A DNA stretch of 64,000 nt from Octopus sinensis (taxonomy: Eukaryota): positions 117,304,001-117,368,000 of the forward strand of contig NC_043000.1 in NCBI RefSeq assembly GCF_006345805.1, written 5' to 3'. Below, piece after piece: positions 51,417 to 64,000 of the stretch. Every line of letters begins with the position of its first letter. Within the stretch, counting starts at the first letter, position 1. The translations under genes and the position numbers were made by a program. The notes under the pieces are model-generated. The model was not told the DNA's origin. It was given only the letters and a program-made list of their open reading frames with translations, and did not search any database.

Positions 51417-52258
51417 TTGAGCCCTACGCTGTTGTTTCTTGAAAAGAGTTCACCTCTCCAAGTATTCTCCCAATTATCCGGGCCGACCCCAGAACTATAC
51501 GGTCGCTACATAGACGACTGCATAGGCGCCACCTCCCTTTCCCGCGACCAACTCTGCCATTTCATCTCTTTCCTCTCTAACTTCCACCCCTCTCTACAAT
51601 TCACTTCCACCATCTCCAATACCTCTGTCAACTTCCTTGATATCTCTCTCAGCATCGACCACCCCTCCCACTCTCTCACCATCTCCGCCTTCTTCAAACC
51701 CACGAATTCCCACCTCTATCTCAACTTCTCCTCCTCCCACCCCTTCCACACCAAACGGACCATCTCCTACTCTCAGTTCCTCCGCCTCCGACGCTTGTGC
51801 AGCCGCGACCAGGATTTCGAGACCCAGTCTCAATACCTGGCCCGCCTGTTCAGGCATCGAGGATACCCACCTACACTGGTCTTGAACGCCCTTGGCCGTG
51901 CCCGTCGCATCGACCGCACCACCGCCCTTTCTCCTTCCTCTCACCCACCCCCAACCGCACCCCCTTTCCCCTCCTTTTCCACCCATCTACTCTACCCCTT
52001 CGTCGGAAGATACTACGTGCCTTCCTCTACCTTACTACTTCCGTCTTTCAGTATGTGACCTCGTGAGTACCACCGGCGATTTTTTTTCCTCTATCTTCCC
52101 TCTCGGGATCTTTCCTTCTCCTATGTTTCCAACGAAGAGCTCCGCTCGAAACGTTAAACATCCTTCTTCCCTTCTTTCCTGAGCGTCCAATAATACTTTA
52201 TTTGTTCCACGTCGTTTGCGTTGTTGTGTTTTTTTGTTTTCTTGTTTGGATTAACTTT
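51417..52258 (+). mobile_element. Penelope-like RT C-terminal fragment joined to a pseudo-LTR with HHR; endonuclease deleted
   Basis: LYGRYIDDCIG...FHPSLQFT...VNFLDI...FKPTNSHLYLNFSSSHP...YSQFLRLRRLCS...RGYP. Ends in (TA)n. Confidence 0.9.
52123..52161 (+). ncRNA. Minimal hammerhead-like motif in a Penelope pseudo-LTR
   Basis: AUGUUU-CCAACGA-a-GAGC-ucc-GCUC-GAAA-CGU-U-AAACAU. Stem I covaries with the 38405 copy, and the core is mutated. Confidence 0.55.
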
Positions 52259-52263
52259 ATATA

Positions 52264-52296
<33 letters not shown>

Positions 52297-52300
52297 ATTA

Positions 52301-52332
<32 letters not shown>

Positions 52333-52379
52333 TCTGTAAATAATGACTGCAGCTTTGAAGTTGAAACAATTAACGATAA

Positions 52380-52427
<48 letters not shown>

Positions 52428-52967
52428 AGTAGTGCGTGTACATATGACGGGATTCTTTCAGTTTCCGACTACCAAATCCAATCAAAAGTCATCGGTCGGC
52501 CTGAGTCTTTAGTAGTGGACATTTAACCAAGGTGCTACGCAGAGGGAATGAACCCGGAACCACGTTGCTGGGAAGTAGACTTCTTACCACACAGAGAGAC
52601 ACCTGCGCCTACTAAAATAAATATAAAATTGAACAAAAAACTGAAATGAAGACAACGCAAAAAAATATTAGGAATATGTAATATTAAAAGAAATGAAAGC
52701 AGAAAAATATTGGAAAAACGTTGATGAAAAGATAACATGACAGTGAGAAAGATTAGGTAGAGAAAGCCTATAAAATCATGAAGATTATGAAGAGGTAATA
52801 AAGAATGAAGGCCAGAAGCAAGAATATATACATATGTATATATATATACTAGCAGTATAACCCAGCTTTGTCTGGGATTAAGTTAAGATTATTAAGCTAA
52901 TTAAATTCTATATTTCAAACGAAACTAAGTAATATCTACATCAAATTTTTGCGAAATCCGTTGAAAT

Positions 52968-53042
<75 letters not shown>

Positions 53043-53360
53043 ATATATATGGGCAACACACACACATACACACACAAGTACGTACATACACCTATTGCAT
53101 ATATGTTTTTTGTACGCATACATATTAAAAAACAGAAATGAATGGAAAAGATGTTGGTAAATTTGATCAGAATATCATGTATATATCAAAATACATATAT
53201 ATTTCAATATATTTTTCAAGCCGGGACAAAAAACAATCAATATTGAACATATATATGGAGATACAAAATTATAAATTATAAATTATAATGACCAATAGTA
53301 CAATCCTATATAGAGGAATGTTAAAAAATTACTGGTAGAAAAACTAGGTGCTATTTAAAT

Positions 53361-54341
53361 CTAGAGAAAGTTTGCGCTAATTTGTGAAGGTAAAAAAAAA
53401 TTCCGCTCGTTAATATTATTAATAATGGGTAGGCCAGCTTTGATGATGAAGAAAATTTCATTGATACATAAAGAGCATTTTTTATTTCTACTATTGTATA
53501 CAGGTGCAGAAGTTAGTATTTCACAATTTAATTTAAAATGTATGTTCTTACTCTTGAGTTCCCAAATATACGTACTTAAGCCCGTAGAATTCATCCTATT
53601 TTTATTTTTAAAAGTATGTCTATGATAGTTTAGCCGTTGTTTCATACTATTTTTTGTTGCACCAATGTACACCCTACTATCATATTGTGTATTTACAGTG
53701 CATTGATAAACCACCTCTTTCCTCAGGCATTCATTACTGAACACACATTGATTCCTGTTTCTGCAATTGCAGCTATTAACAGATTGAGGAAATTTAACCT
53801 TGGCAAAATTCACTGTATCCCTATTCCTATTAATAGTATTACATATATTTCCACTACCTAATCCGAAATTTAACGAGAGTTTATGTTTAACATTATTGAT
53901 GATATTCTCATCAATAGGATTACTATTGCGGATAGCAGTATCATCCATTAAATTAATATTTGTTGTTACAGGTGTAGTGCTATTATAACCAACGTGATGG
54001 TTGCTCACGTTTGCACTAATAGATTTTTTGTCTCTACGGTTATAGAGAGGCAAATTACTACCACCCAGATTTATCTTAGAAATTAGATTGCTTCTATAAT
54101 GATAGAAAGATAAATCTGGGTGGTAGTAATTTGCCTCTCTATAACCGTAGAGACAAGAAATCTATTAGTGCAAACGTGAGCAACCATCACGTTGGTTATA
54201 ATAGCACTACACCTGTAACGACAAATATTAATTTAATGGATGATACTTCTATCCGCAATAGTAATCCTATTGATGAGAATATCACCAATAATGTTAAACA
54301 TAAACTCTCGTTAAATTTAGGATTAGGTAGTGGAAATATAT
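53361..54341 (-). mobile_element. Penelope-like (Naiad-type) GIY-YIG fragment with an inverted duplication of its 5' end
   Basis: CNCRNRNQCVFSNECLRKEVVYQC...YIGAT...RLNYHRHTF...STGLSTYIWELK...KCSLCINE. Arms 53843-54077 and 54107-54341 are inverted. Confidence 0.85.
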
Positions 54342-54399
54342 AAAAGATTTTTCGTATTTCAAGCTTTAAATAATAAATTCAAACAATTTACACACGCAA

Positions 54400-54860
54400 A
54401 GTATTTATTTATCAAAATAATTTATTCCATCATATTCTATTATCTGCCGTCATCGTTTTGCCAGTAGCTCAATTCTACGCTCATACCATTTGCCTGGTTT
54501 AGATAGGTAAAAACGTCCTGCAAACGTTTTCGACCTCACTGAATTTGTGTAGAAAATGAAGCACAGTTCGGAAAAGGTAATAGGATGGTGCAAACTCTTT
54601 ACTGGAAGCAGAGTGAGACAGCATTTCCAGTCCTTTAAATTCCTCAAGTTCGCACTCGGTTACATTTGGCAGAGAAAGCGAAGGCATTGTCGTACTGTAG
54701 TTGTGAGCATTTTTGATCGACTAATGTCGTGTGTTGTGGGCTTTCAAAGCACCATATATTTTCTTACTGTTGTTGATCATAAAGGTCAGCGTTCACAGCA
54801 TGATCATCTGGGACCGGCTCGAAGTGCAACACTCACTCAAAATTTTATCAAACACATAAA
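54400..54860 (-). mobile_element. Mariner transposase C-terminal remnant
   Basis: GLEMLSHSASSKEFAPSYYLFRTVLHFL...WYERRIELLAKR. Confidence 0.7.
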
Positions 54861-55002
54861 ATAAGTGTCAGTTGATTAGTGGGGTCGATGTAATCGACTA
54901 ACTCTTCCACCAAAATTTCAGGTCTTGTGCCTATAACAGAAAGCGTTATTATTATTATCATTATTATTTTTTTTATTAATAATAATAATAATAATAATAA
55001 TG

Positions 55003-55090
<88 letters not shown>

Positions 55091-55093
55091 GTT

Positions 55094-55350
55094 TAGAAAT
55101 ATTAAATTTCTAAATATCTCATAGAGATATGTACGGTGGTGGAGCGATAGAGTGGTTGTATACTGTCAACTTAACGTGACAGTAGGGGATTACACACTAC
55201 CGCTGTTTAGCCCTAGTATCGGCTTCGACACATTTATAAGGACACAGGAAATGTGTCGAAGTCGACAGGAAGCGTCGATGCTTCCTAGGGCTAAACAGCG
55301 GTGTGTAATCCCCTACTGTCACGTTAAGTTGACAGTATACAACCACTCTA
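55094..55350. mobile_element. Family-1 fragment forming a foldback, HHR missing
   Basis: tagaaatattaaatttctaaatatctcatagagatatg... matches the 62717 subfamily. Arms 55148-55235 and 55249-55350 are inverted. It directly follows a (TAA)/(TTA)n tract. Confidence 0.7.
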
Positions 55351-55499
55351 TTATATGTTTGACTTTTGCTTTACATTTGCACAAACTGGCTCCAAGTTTC
55401 ACCCAGAGACATCAAGAGACAACAAGTTGGAAGTTCATGTTGGTATTATTCCTAGTGTGCCATATATTTGGTTTTGTACTTAGTGTTGAACTAGTGAGT

Positions 55500-55865
55500 G
55501 TCTAAAAAAACCATACGAAAATTATGTTTGTTTTAAAACTTGAGCTTACATAGAAAGTATTTTGCGTAGGATATGAGCAGTTCCCATGAGCTCTATCTTT
55601 TGAATTTCTGCCATTTTGGGGTTTCTTGGTATCTGAGCTAGGTAGCAGTCAGCCCCTTTTGCTATCATTCCTAGGGCACCTATCACAACAGGTATTGTTT
55701 TAGTCTTCAGGTTCCACATATTGCTGATTTCTATTTCAAGAACTTTATATTTGCTCAGTTTTTAGTAGGTCTTGACAGATACGTTTATACCGATTGCGAC
55801 AGTCATATCAATGAGGAGGCATGTTTTTTGTCTGAAGTCTTTTAATATGATGTCTGGCCTATACG
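55500..55865 (-). mobile_element. R4-clade RLE domain fragment
   Basis: Reverse translation RPDIILKDFRQKTCLLIDMTV...KYKVLEIEI...IPVVIGALG...GTAHILRKILSM. Abuts (TTA)n. Confidence 0.8.
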
Positions 55866-55897
55866 CATTTATATTTCTGTCAGTTTTATTATTATTT

Positions 55898-55986
<89 letters not shown>

Positions 55987-56059
55987 TCTTTTAATCTCAG
56001 ATTTTGTTATAAATCCTGGGGTCTTGCATGCGTAGCAGGCTTGATGCCTGCAGCATACG

Positions 56060-56240
56060 GTACCATGCTATCTATTCTTTTCATCTATCTAATACTTTCC
56101 TGATTATTCTGGCCGTGCAAAAGAGGCAAACCTTTTGTAACAGTTCTTACTGTGCACTCTCTTCCGATTTCCTTGATATTCCTCTTGATGCCGTCTGAGA
56201 CTGTCCCCATGGAGCCAACAACGATTGGCACTACCTTCAC
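56060..56240 (-). mobile_element. Short R4-clade RLE C-terminal fragment
   Basis: VKVVPIVVGSMGTVSDGIKRNIKEIG on the minus strand. Confidence 0.55.
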
Positions 56241-56396
56241 CTTCTTCATTTTCCATAGGCGGGCTATTTCGTACCCATAATGATTGTATATATCTTTTTT
56301 TCCGCCTTGCTTTCTTGACTATTCGTGGGCTAAATGGGCACGCAACATGAACTATAGAGCACATGTGGTGCACCTTGTTCATCATCATCATCATCA

Positions 56397-56451
<55 letters not shown>

Positions 56452-56560
56452 ATCGTCTTATTCTTATCACGTGCTTTCACTGTACTGCCGAGCACAGTTC
56501 TGTGTGCTTTGGGTATGTGCATTGGTGTGTTGTGATGCCCTAATTTTTCTGTATTGAAAG

Positions 56561-56660
<100 letters not shown>

Positions 56661-56979
56661 TGAAGGCGGCAAGCTGGCAGAATCGTTAGTACGCCGAGCA
56701 AAATTCTTAGCAGTATTTCGTCTGCCGATACGTTCTGAGTTCAGATACTGCCGGGGTCGACTTTGCCTTTCATCCTTTCGAGGTCGATTAAATAAGTACC
56801 AGTTACGCACTGGGGTCGATGCAATCGACTTAATCCCTTCCCCCAAATTTGAGGCCTTGTGCTTCCAGTAGAAAGGATTATTATTATTATTGTTATTCTG
56901 AAAGTCTCTCGGATAGTTCTTAATTACCGGTTATCCTTTACTTGAAAGCATGCAATAACAAATCACCAGAGGTTTCAAG

Positions 56980-58425
56980 TAGTGCCTTCTCCTGTGACTC
57001 AAAGAGACAATAATCTCCTTAGGATACGAGCTGTAACCAACAATGCTGTCTCCTGGATCACCTCGAGCCTGGTAACAGCTCCAATATTCTTAATATGTTT
57101 TTCAATTCCTTTGGAAATCGCTCCTGGTGTTTCGATTACCACCGGTATCACCATTACTTTCCACACGCCCCGTAACTTTCCTATCACGTCCCACAGTGGC
57201 TGGTATTTCTCACTCTTTTCTATTTCCTTAAATTTCACCTTCGAAACTCCTGGTATTGCAACATCTATTATCTTTGCTTCTTTCTCATCTTTATGGATGA
57301 GCAGGATATCTGGTTGTTTCGCCTCTATGTCGCAGTGCATGTTAAAATCCCAGAGTATTTTGTAATGTTCATTTTCCATTACTCCCTTTGGTTTCTGTTC
57401 ATACCATCGTTCGGCTCTCTCGAGATTTATTTTATCGCACAACAGTCAGTAGACATATCTGGCCACATTGTCATGTCTCCTTTCTCATTCACGTTGTGCA
57501 AGCTTACAGCACTTACTAACAATATGGCTTATACTGTCTGCCTTCTCAGAGCACATCCTACACTGTGGCGAGTCAGTACTTTTATCAATGTGATATTTGG
57601 AGTAGTTTGTTCTGAGAGCTTGTTCTTGAGCGCGGAAAACGAATGTCTCAGTGGGCCCATTTAAGTCTCCTTTCTGCAGCCATTGCCAGGTTCTATTCTA
57701 ATCAATCTCATCTTTGCTCTTCAAGAACTGACTGTGCATTCTCTTGTCCTGCCAAATTTTCATCTGCTCTCTCTGGTCTTTCTTAAAATGTGTTGGATCT
57801 ACGGCTTCGTTCACTTTTAAGGTTCCCTGCATTTTCACTGCTTCAATCATTTCTTCTTTACTCCCCTTGACATACCAAGTCAGGTTATTCTCCTCTTCCC
57901 TTAGCCTTCACAACACACCAATCCCCGTCCTCCTTCTTTCCTCTTTACATACAATCTTGACACATCACACTTGGGGTGTAGTTCCTTGTTCATTGTCATT
58001 AATTTACGTGTTCTCCGGTCTATTTCTTGTAATTCATGCTTCTTCCAAGATATCATTCCTTCCCCATATCTCATCAAATAACCGTCCAGGTGTTAATTAC
58101 TCTAATCTTATAGCAGCCATTTAGTTTCGATTGGAGCACAAGCCGAGCTCTTCTCAAGTACTCTTTCTTGTACATTTCTTTCATCTTGTGTTCATTCATT
58201 TTATCTCTTTCAGTGATAACCAGGTACTTATATCCTTCCTCTCTGACTTCCTTTATAGTTTCGCCACTTTCCAGATTGATCCCATGGCTTTTATTGATTT
58301 TCTCCCTTTTGAGAATCATTACACCACATTTCTCGATCCCAAATTCCATGCCAATATCATTGCTAATCATGTGCACAGTTGCCGTCAAACTCTCAATTGC
58401 TTTCTCAGTCTTAGCGAATTATTAT
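56980..58425 (-). mobile_element. R4/Dong-clade RLE LINE 3' part, in (TTA)n
   Basis: DIGMEFGIEKC...YKYL...KEYLRRARLVLQSKLNG; ILWDFN...QPDILL...IIDVAIP...KYQPL...IPVVI...TARILRRLLSL. Confidence 0.9.
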
Positions 58426-58679
58426 TATTATTATTAATATTATCATTAATATTATTGTTATTTCATCATCATCATTATCATTATTATTATTATTATTATT
58501 TCCATCTTCACTTCTCAGAGCTCTCGAATTCACTTGCTCTTGTTAATTCTGTAAGAGCGGACAGCAACCTTTTGCTAAAAAGTCTCACCACAATTCTCAA
58601 CACCTAAGTACCAATCTCAAAAATCTTCTCTGTGTTCGCAATAAATCAGTTTTCTAAGCATCTTCTGCCCTCGAATCAA

Positions 58680-58850
58680 TTCCAATTCCTTAAGCAAATT
58701 TCTCAAATCTGGCTGTTAATGCTCCTAGTGCTCCTACAATTTTGGGCAAGACAGTAACTCATCCATTCTATTTCACCTCCTAGTAGCTTGTACTTTTCAA
58801 ACTTTTCCAGCTCTTTGTTAGGCACTCGTGTATTCCCCGGTATAGCAATA
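58680..58850 (-). mobile_element. Short R4-clade RLE fragment
   Basis: IAIPGNTRVPNKELEKFEKYKLL...IVGALGAL. Confidence 0.6.
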
Positions 58851-58964
58851 CCTTTGCTGTTAAGGCGGCGAGCTGGGAGAAACGTTAGCACACTGGGCGA
58901 AAATGCTTAGCAGTATTTCGTCTGTCTTTACGTTCTGAGTTCAAATTCCACCCAGGTCATTTAG

Positions 58965-59210
58965 ATATATATGAGCATTTCTAGATATGTAATTATATGC
59001 ATGAGAATACATATAAACTTACAACATACAAATCTGTGCATACATACATACATACGTACTTACATACATATATACATGCATACAGACAAAAATATCCTGT
59101 TGTTGATGTTGAAATTCCTATGAAGGAACCTTGGATCTAAGTGAAAAGCCAATTCTTTCTTTATTAACAAGAAACTTTGAAATAAACTGAATAATGACAT
59201 ACATACAAAC
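58965..59210 (+). mobile_element. 3' UTR copy of the 30050 RLE-LINE family
   Basis: atatatatgagcat...ttgaaattcc...ggaaccttggatcta...gaaataaactgaataatgacatacatac is shared with 30320-30625. Confidence 0.7.
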
Positions 59211-60325
59211 AAACATACGAGGTACATCGTGGAGATAGTGGCACAATGTTCCAATGTTAAATTTGCATCAAAGTTGACAGGTTTAATGCTACGAAATGTC
59301 ATCATGCCCTGACGTTTTTATGCATCATTCCTATTGTCGTAGCAGCGTCAACTTTGTTAATTGACCTCTATTTTCTCTCACCTCTCACGCTCTTTAGTAG
59401 TCTTGTGTTTTTCGTTTTCCACAGCCCTTATCACTTCCAACTGTGACTGGATCCTTCTTCTCTTTTGTCACTTCCATTGCCGCAACTATCCTTCATTTTC
59501 TCTGACCCTAATGACCATACGCAACTCTCTGACATTATGGCATCCTTGATTTTGTTTTCTGAGGTCCCAATTTTTCACCCAGTTCTGCTATGTATTGTAT
59601 TTTTCAAAAAAATATTTTTAGTGTTGTATTTGTTTAATAATTTCCACATTAAGTTTTCATTCTGTTATTTTGTTTTTTAACCTTCTCTTCGTCCCTGTTA
59701 CAATTTCTGACTGTATGTTCCAAAGCTACACTAAAATTCTTTTTCGTTTCAGAACTGTAGACATTGGCGCTAGGATTGTTTGTACGTATGCATAGGTCTT
59801 CAACTGTGTGTGTGTGTGTGTGTTGGACTGAATATGCATGTGTGTGTGAATGGACATATACAAATGTATATTACACACATGAGATAGTGACCCTTCTTAT
59901 ATCTGCCTGCATCTTATTAATTAGAGTCTCTTTAGTATATTGACCTTACATATGATGAAATATATGACGAGTTGAGGGAATGACATTTCGGTCTCCTTCC
60001 ACGACTTTATAATATTTCATACAACATTTTTATGTTATACTATTTAAGCGCAAACCAAACTGTATGAATGCATTTTATCTTCTATTACCTTTCTTTCAAA
60101 CTATTGGACAACTGTAAGTACATATCAGTAAAAAAAGATCTTCACGTTTCATAAAACTTATAACACATTCTTTATTTTTATTCTTTTTGCTTGTTTCAGT
60201 CATTTGACTGCGGCCATGTTGGAGCATCGACTTTTAGACGAACAAATCGACCCAAGGACTTATTCTTTATAAACCTAGTACTTATTCTATCGGTCTCAGT
60301 ACCGCTACTGTTTACACTTTGCTCT

Positions 60326-60412
<87 letters not shown>

Positions 60413-60484
60413 GTGTGTGCGTGTGCGTTTGTGTGTTTGTGTGTGTGTATATTTCTACTCGTGTGGAATAAAATAACTTTGTTT

Positions 60485-60534
<50 letters not shown>

Positions 60535-62716
60535 CATACATATACATACATATATATATATATATATATACATATATGTATGTATATGCCGTGTATTTAT
60601 GTATTCATATATATGAACATAAAGTACGTGTCTGTGTGTGTGTTAGGCACACACACGGTCACAGAAATTTTATCAATAACTTACTGAATTTTTGGAAAAT
60701 TTATCACTGTTGGGTTTTCTGGAAAATGAGAAAGTTTTTAAAAGCTGTCTTTGAAATCAGAAATTATTTATTTGCGAACACTTATGATGAGATAAAAAAA
60801 TTGCTAGTTTCAAATCTTGTCACCAGGCCAGCAATTCTGAGAGTTGGAGCAAGTCGATTGTATTGATCCTACTGCTCAACTGCTACTTATTCTATCGCCC
60901 CCGAAATAATGAAAGGCAAAGCGACCTCAGCAGTATTTCAACCCAGAACATAAAATCGGACGAAATATCATTGAACATCTTGTCCGGCGTAATAACGATT
61001 GAAGCAGTTCGCCGCCTTAGCGATAAGAAGATAATAAAAATCTACTGTAATTTAAGATTTAGCCGGCATGTTTGTCTTTGAGCAAAATAACTAATTACAG
61101 ATCCAATTAAAATGGGGGCGGTGGATTCGATGTATCGATAATACTATTTTCCTACACATCGCTAAAAATCTTAACTTGTTTTGATTCATCAGCCCAGTAA
61201 AATAGACGGCAAATGATTCTGTTAAACCTGACATTTTATCTCAGCTTGGATACTGACGTAATAAGAAGCACCGTGTTGAGTGCTTGCAGTATACGTTTTG
61301 TTCCATCGTTAGTACTGCTAGTATCTGTAACATAACGGCGAGCTGGCAGATTCGTTAGCACGCCGGGCGAAATACTTAGCGGCATTTCGTCTGCCGTTAC
61401 GTTCTGAGATCAAATTCCGCCGAGGTCGACTTTGCCTTTCATCCTTTCGGGGTCGATAAATTAAGTACCAGTTACGCACTGGGGTCGCTGTAATCGACTT
61501 AATCCGTTTGTCTGTCCTTGTTTGTCCTCTCTGTGTTTAGTCCCTTGTGGGTAGTAATGAAATAGGTATTTCGTTCGCCATTTTGCTCTGGGTTCAAAAT
61601 CCGCCGAGGTCGACATTACCTTTCATTTTTTCGGATCGATAAAATAAGTTAGTTAACCGCTGGGGTCATGTAATCGACTTACTCCCGTCCCTGAAAATAC
61701 TAGCTTTGTGCCGAATTTTGAAAGGAATATAAATAACATTAGAAATATGAAATATAATAGCGAGATTATAGTATGAAAATCATAGCATTCTGAATATCTT
61801 TGAATATGATTCAAATCGTAGCCAGCGTACTGTTTTAGATTGAATAAAACAATTTTACTTTCAAAGTTTAATAAATTTGAAATCATTTTGTCCTGATTGA
61901 TTACGTGAATTGAAACGAGTAGTAATTGAAACGTGATAGGATGCGAATAAGATTCGAGTTCTCCATAAATAACGGTGCATCCTTTTGCCGTCTGCATGAT
62001 ATCTGGAATATAAGAAAGTTTGCTTCCCACCTTTGCGCCTCTAGTTGTGATGTACGTTAATCCGAGATCACACATTATAGAAATCCAAATATTGTTTGAA
62101 TATATTAATGACTACTCAGAATATATCTGTAATATTTTGGTAGAAAATATTCCAGAACTGTGAAACTTTAAAGCCCAAGGTATAGATGATTCTGATCCCA
62201 GACCGAATAGGAATTACAGAAACTTCCGTACTAAGTTTCAAGAAACAGCTTCTGGAATTTTCACAGGCTTCGAAATCAAATTCTGATTCCATTATTTTTA
62301 AACAAACCCCGGAGAAAATGGACCCCATATATTTTCTTTTCTTCACTGTATGAGGTAAAAATATTCAAGCGTTCCTTGTAAGTCTTCAGAGAAGTAATTT
62401 TGTGTGTGCGTGTGTTTGTGTGTGTATGTGTGTGTACGACTGTTGGGTTACTTCTACTGAAGTGAAGAGTTCAACGGCACGATGAAGAATATATCCAGAA
62501 GCAAAGCAATTTAAACATTTATGAACTTCTTCTATTACAGAAATTTAACACATTCATTCAACGAATATGTAACCTTTGCCTTACAGAGAAATGTCTTGAG
62601 ATATTTTGGGGTCATATTCCGTGTTAACGATAACATATTTCAATTCGTGTCTTTATAAGTATTTCCTGTCGTTTTCGCTTTATATGCTCCTACTCGAATA
62701 AGATATGTTACCATAC

Positions 62717-62763
62717 TCTAGACCGATGATGGACAAAGATCCTGAAACATGCATGTCTCTAGA
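62717..62763 (+). ncRNA. Type I hammerhead ribozyme (family 1, divergent subfamily)
   Basis: UCUAGA-CCGAUGA-u-GGA-caaaga-UCC-u-GAAA-CAUGCAUGU-C-UCUAGA. Stems I and II differ in sequence from the 18 kb copies but stay fully paired. The core carries a U4C variant. Confidence 0.7.
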
Positions 62764-63065
62764 TGCAGGCCTGGCTGCTGGGGGTGTTTGTCTCCCGTTC
62801 GTAAATATATAAGGACACAGGAAAAAAAATGTGTCGAAGCCGACAGGAGGCGTCGATGCTTCCTAGGGCTAAACAGCGTTGGTGTAATCCCCTACTGTCA
62901 CGTTAAATTGACAGTATACAACCATTCTATCGCCCCACCACCGTACATATCTCTATGAGATATTTAGAAATTTAATATTTCTGATTTTGGTAATCAGTGA
63001 ATAAACTTCACTGAAAATTAGATATATATATTTACGAAGTCGGGACAAATATCTGCAGCTAGCAG
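62717..63065 (+). mobile_element. Family-1 retrozyme-like monomer (~349 bp), circularly permuted relative to the 17827 copy
   Basis: Colinear with 18389-18603 (taaggacacagg, tgtgtcgaagccgacagg, ctagggctaaacagcg, actgtcacgtta). It then continues into the reverse complement of the 17827-17885 and 18120-18183 segments. Confidence 0.7.
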
Positions 63066-63160
63066 TTTTTTTTTTTGTGTCGGTTATTTTGTGTTACGGT
63101 TGTTGTGTATTGCGGTTGTGAGTTCGAATTCGTTGGTGGAAGCTGTTACGGCGTGATGAA

Positions 63161-64000
63161 TTGTTGGACGTTTTTTTTTCGAGTATGCAAGCCCAAACTT
63201 ATGCGGGAGCAGCAGGCAAGGGCCTGGCTGCGAGCGAACTGCAGTTGGAGGAAGTGGTCGTCGAGAAGGAGATTTTGAAGAAATGCTTCAACAGCTTCAA
63301 GAAGGAAGGTGATTGTGTGAGGGTCACACCACCTGAAGACGAAGCGAAGGAGGCGGAGAAGCGTATTATAACATACATAACGTGGAGCGTGGCTTCGAAG
63401 AAAATAGAAGCAGCAGAAGCGGAGGAAATCGAGAGGTGTTTACAGGAAATTGAAGAAGAAACTACCTTCTACAATAGAGGTAGAAAATACGCAACAGTAG
63501 TCGTTCATTTTAAAAACGAAGATGAAGCGAAGAGGAACATCATGAAAATATTGAAAACGGAAAAATAGGTGTTACTACCTAGCTATTGTGGAAAAAGGGC
63601 AGTAAGAATACGAATCACTAAAATTTCACCGGAACTGAACATGGAAAGAATTGTAGCGGCAATAGTGTTCAACTGCAAAGAGAGTGTCGACATACTAAAG
63701 GTGGAAAAGTCGAAAGAACTAAAGTGGTGGGGTTATGCCAGGCCTGTATAACATCCCAGAGGAGTTGGTGTTCCCCGACGAGACACGTCTCAGAGTCGTG
63801 GTGGAGAGGAGACCCCCAGTGTGTTACAATTGCAAAATTAGAGGCCACATGAAGGATATGTGTCTGCGAAGAGAAGTACAAGAGAAAACGATAACACTGG
63901 AGGCTTTGACAGAGGAGTTACAAAAGGCGAATGTGGAAGAGGAAATCGTGACTACAGATAATGTGGAAAGTGGTGAGGAGTCGGAGAAAGGAAAGGAAAG
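63161..64000 (+). mobile_element. Tx1/L1-like LINE ORF1 (gag-like) with CCHC zinc knuckle, broken; runs off the window
   Basis: ORFs 63161-63568 and 63569-63751 are separated by one stop. CYNCKIRGHMKDMC (C-x2-C-x4-H-x4-C) at ~63820-63865. Confidence 0.7.

Noticed and set aside
53361-54053. Possible selenocysteine recoding, as reported for some Naiad PLEs
   Set aside because: No in-frame TGA in the ORF and no recognisable SECIS downstream.
61130-61200. Minus-strand tgggCTGATGA resembling the family-1 HHR start
   Set aside because: No GAAA follows a closable stem II, and there is no other family-1 similarity.
61653-62460. ORFs of 140 and 76 aa on the minus strand as a possible host exon
   Set aside because: No recognisable domain, no supportable splice structure, and one end runs into a SINE.

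Overview
AT-rich, microsatellite-dense eukaryotic DNA. The SINE families look like those of an Octopus-type cephalopod genome; this is inferred from repeat content only. I can support one host protein-coding gene: an ankyrin-repeat protein whose CDS lies in a single exon (10379-10945, minus). The rest is a mosaic of repeats: (a) four modular tRNA-derived SINE families; (b) LINE remnants (RTE, R4/Dong-type RLE, CR1-like, Tx1/L1-like); (c) Penelope-like element (PLE) fragments; (d) mariner, Tc1, hAT and Helitron remnants; (e) MITE-like foldbacks. The most notable signal is hammerhead ribozyme (HHR) motifs, found by folding by hand, in three unrelated repeat families. Family 1 has a ~356-bp monomer (17827-18603, 55094-55350, 62717-63065) with a type I HHR whose stems covary between subfamilies. 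Family 2 is a ~470-bp tandem array (19700-20704) with its own type I HHR. Family 3 is minimal HHRs in Penelope pseudo-LTRs. Families 1 and 2 look like non-LTR retrozymes (tandem non-coding units able to yield self-cleaving circular RNAs). They sit in (TA)n or other AT-rich simple repeats, and family 1 twice forms a foldback. All alignments and folds were done by eye, so remnant boundaries are approximate (tens of bp). Irregular (TA)n tracts and scattered 1-bp indels suggest some frameshifts could be assembly errors.
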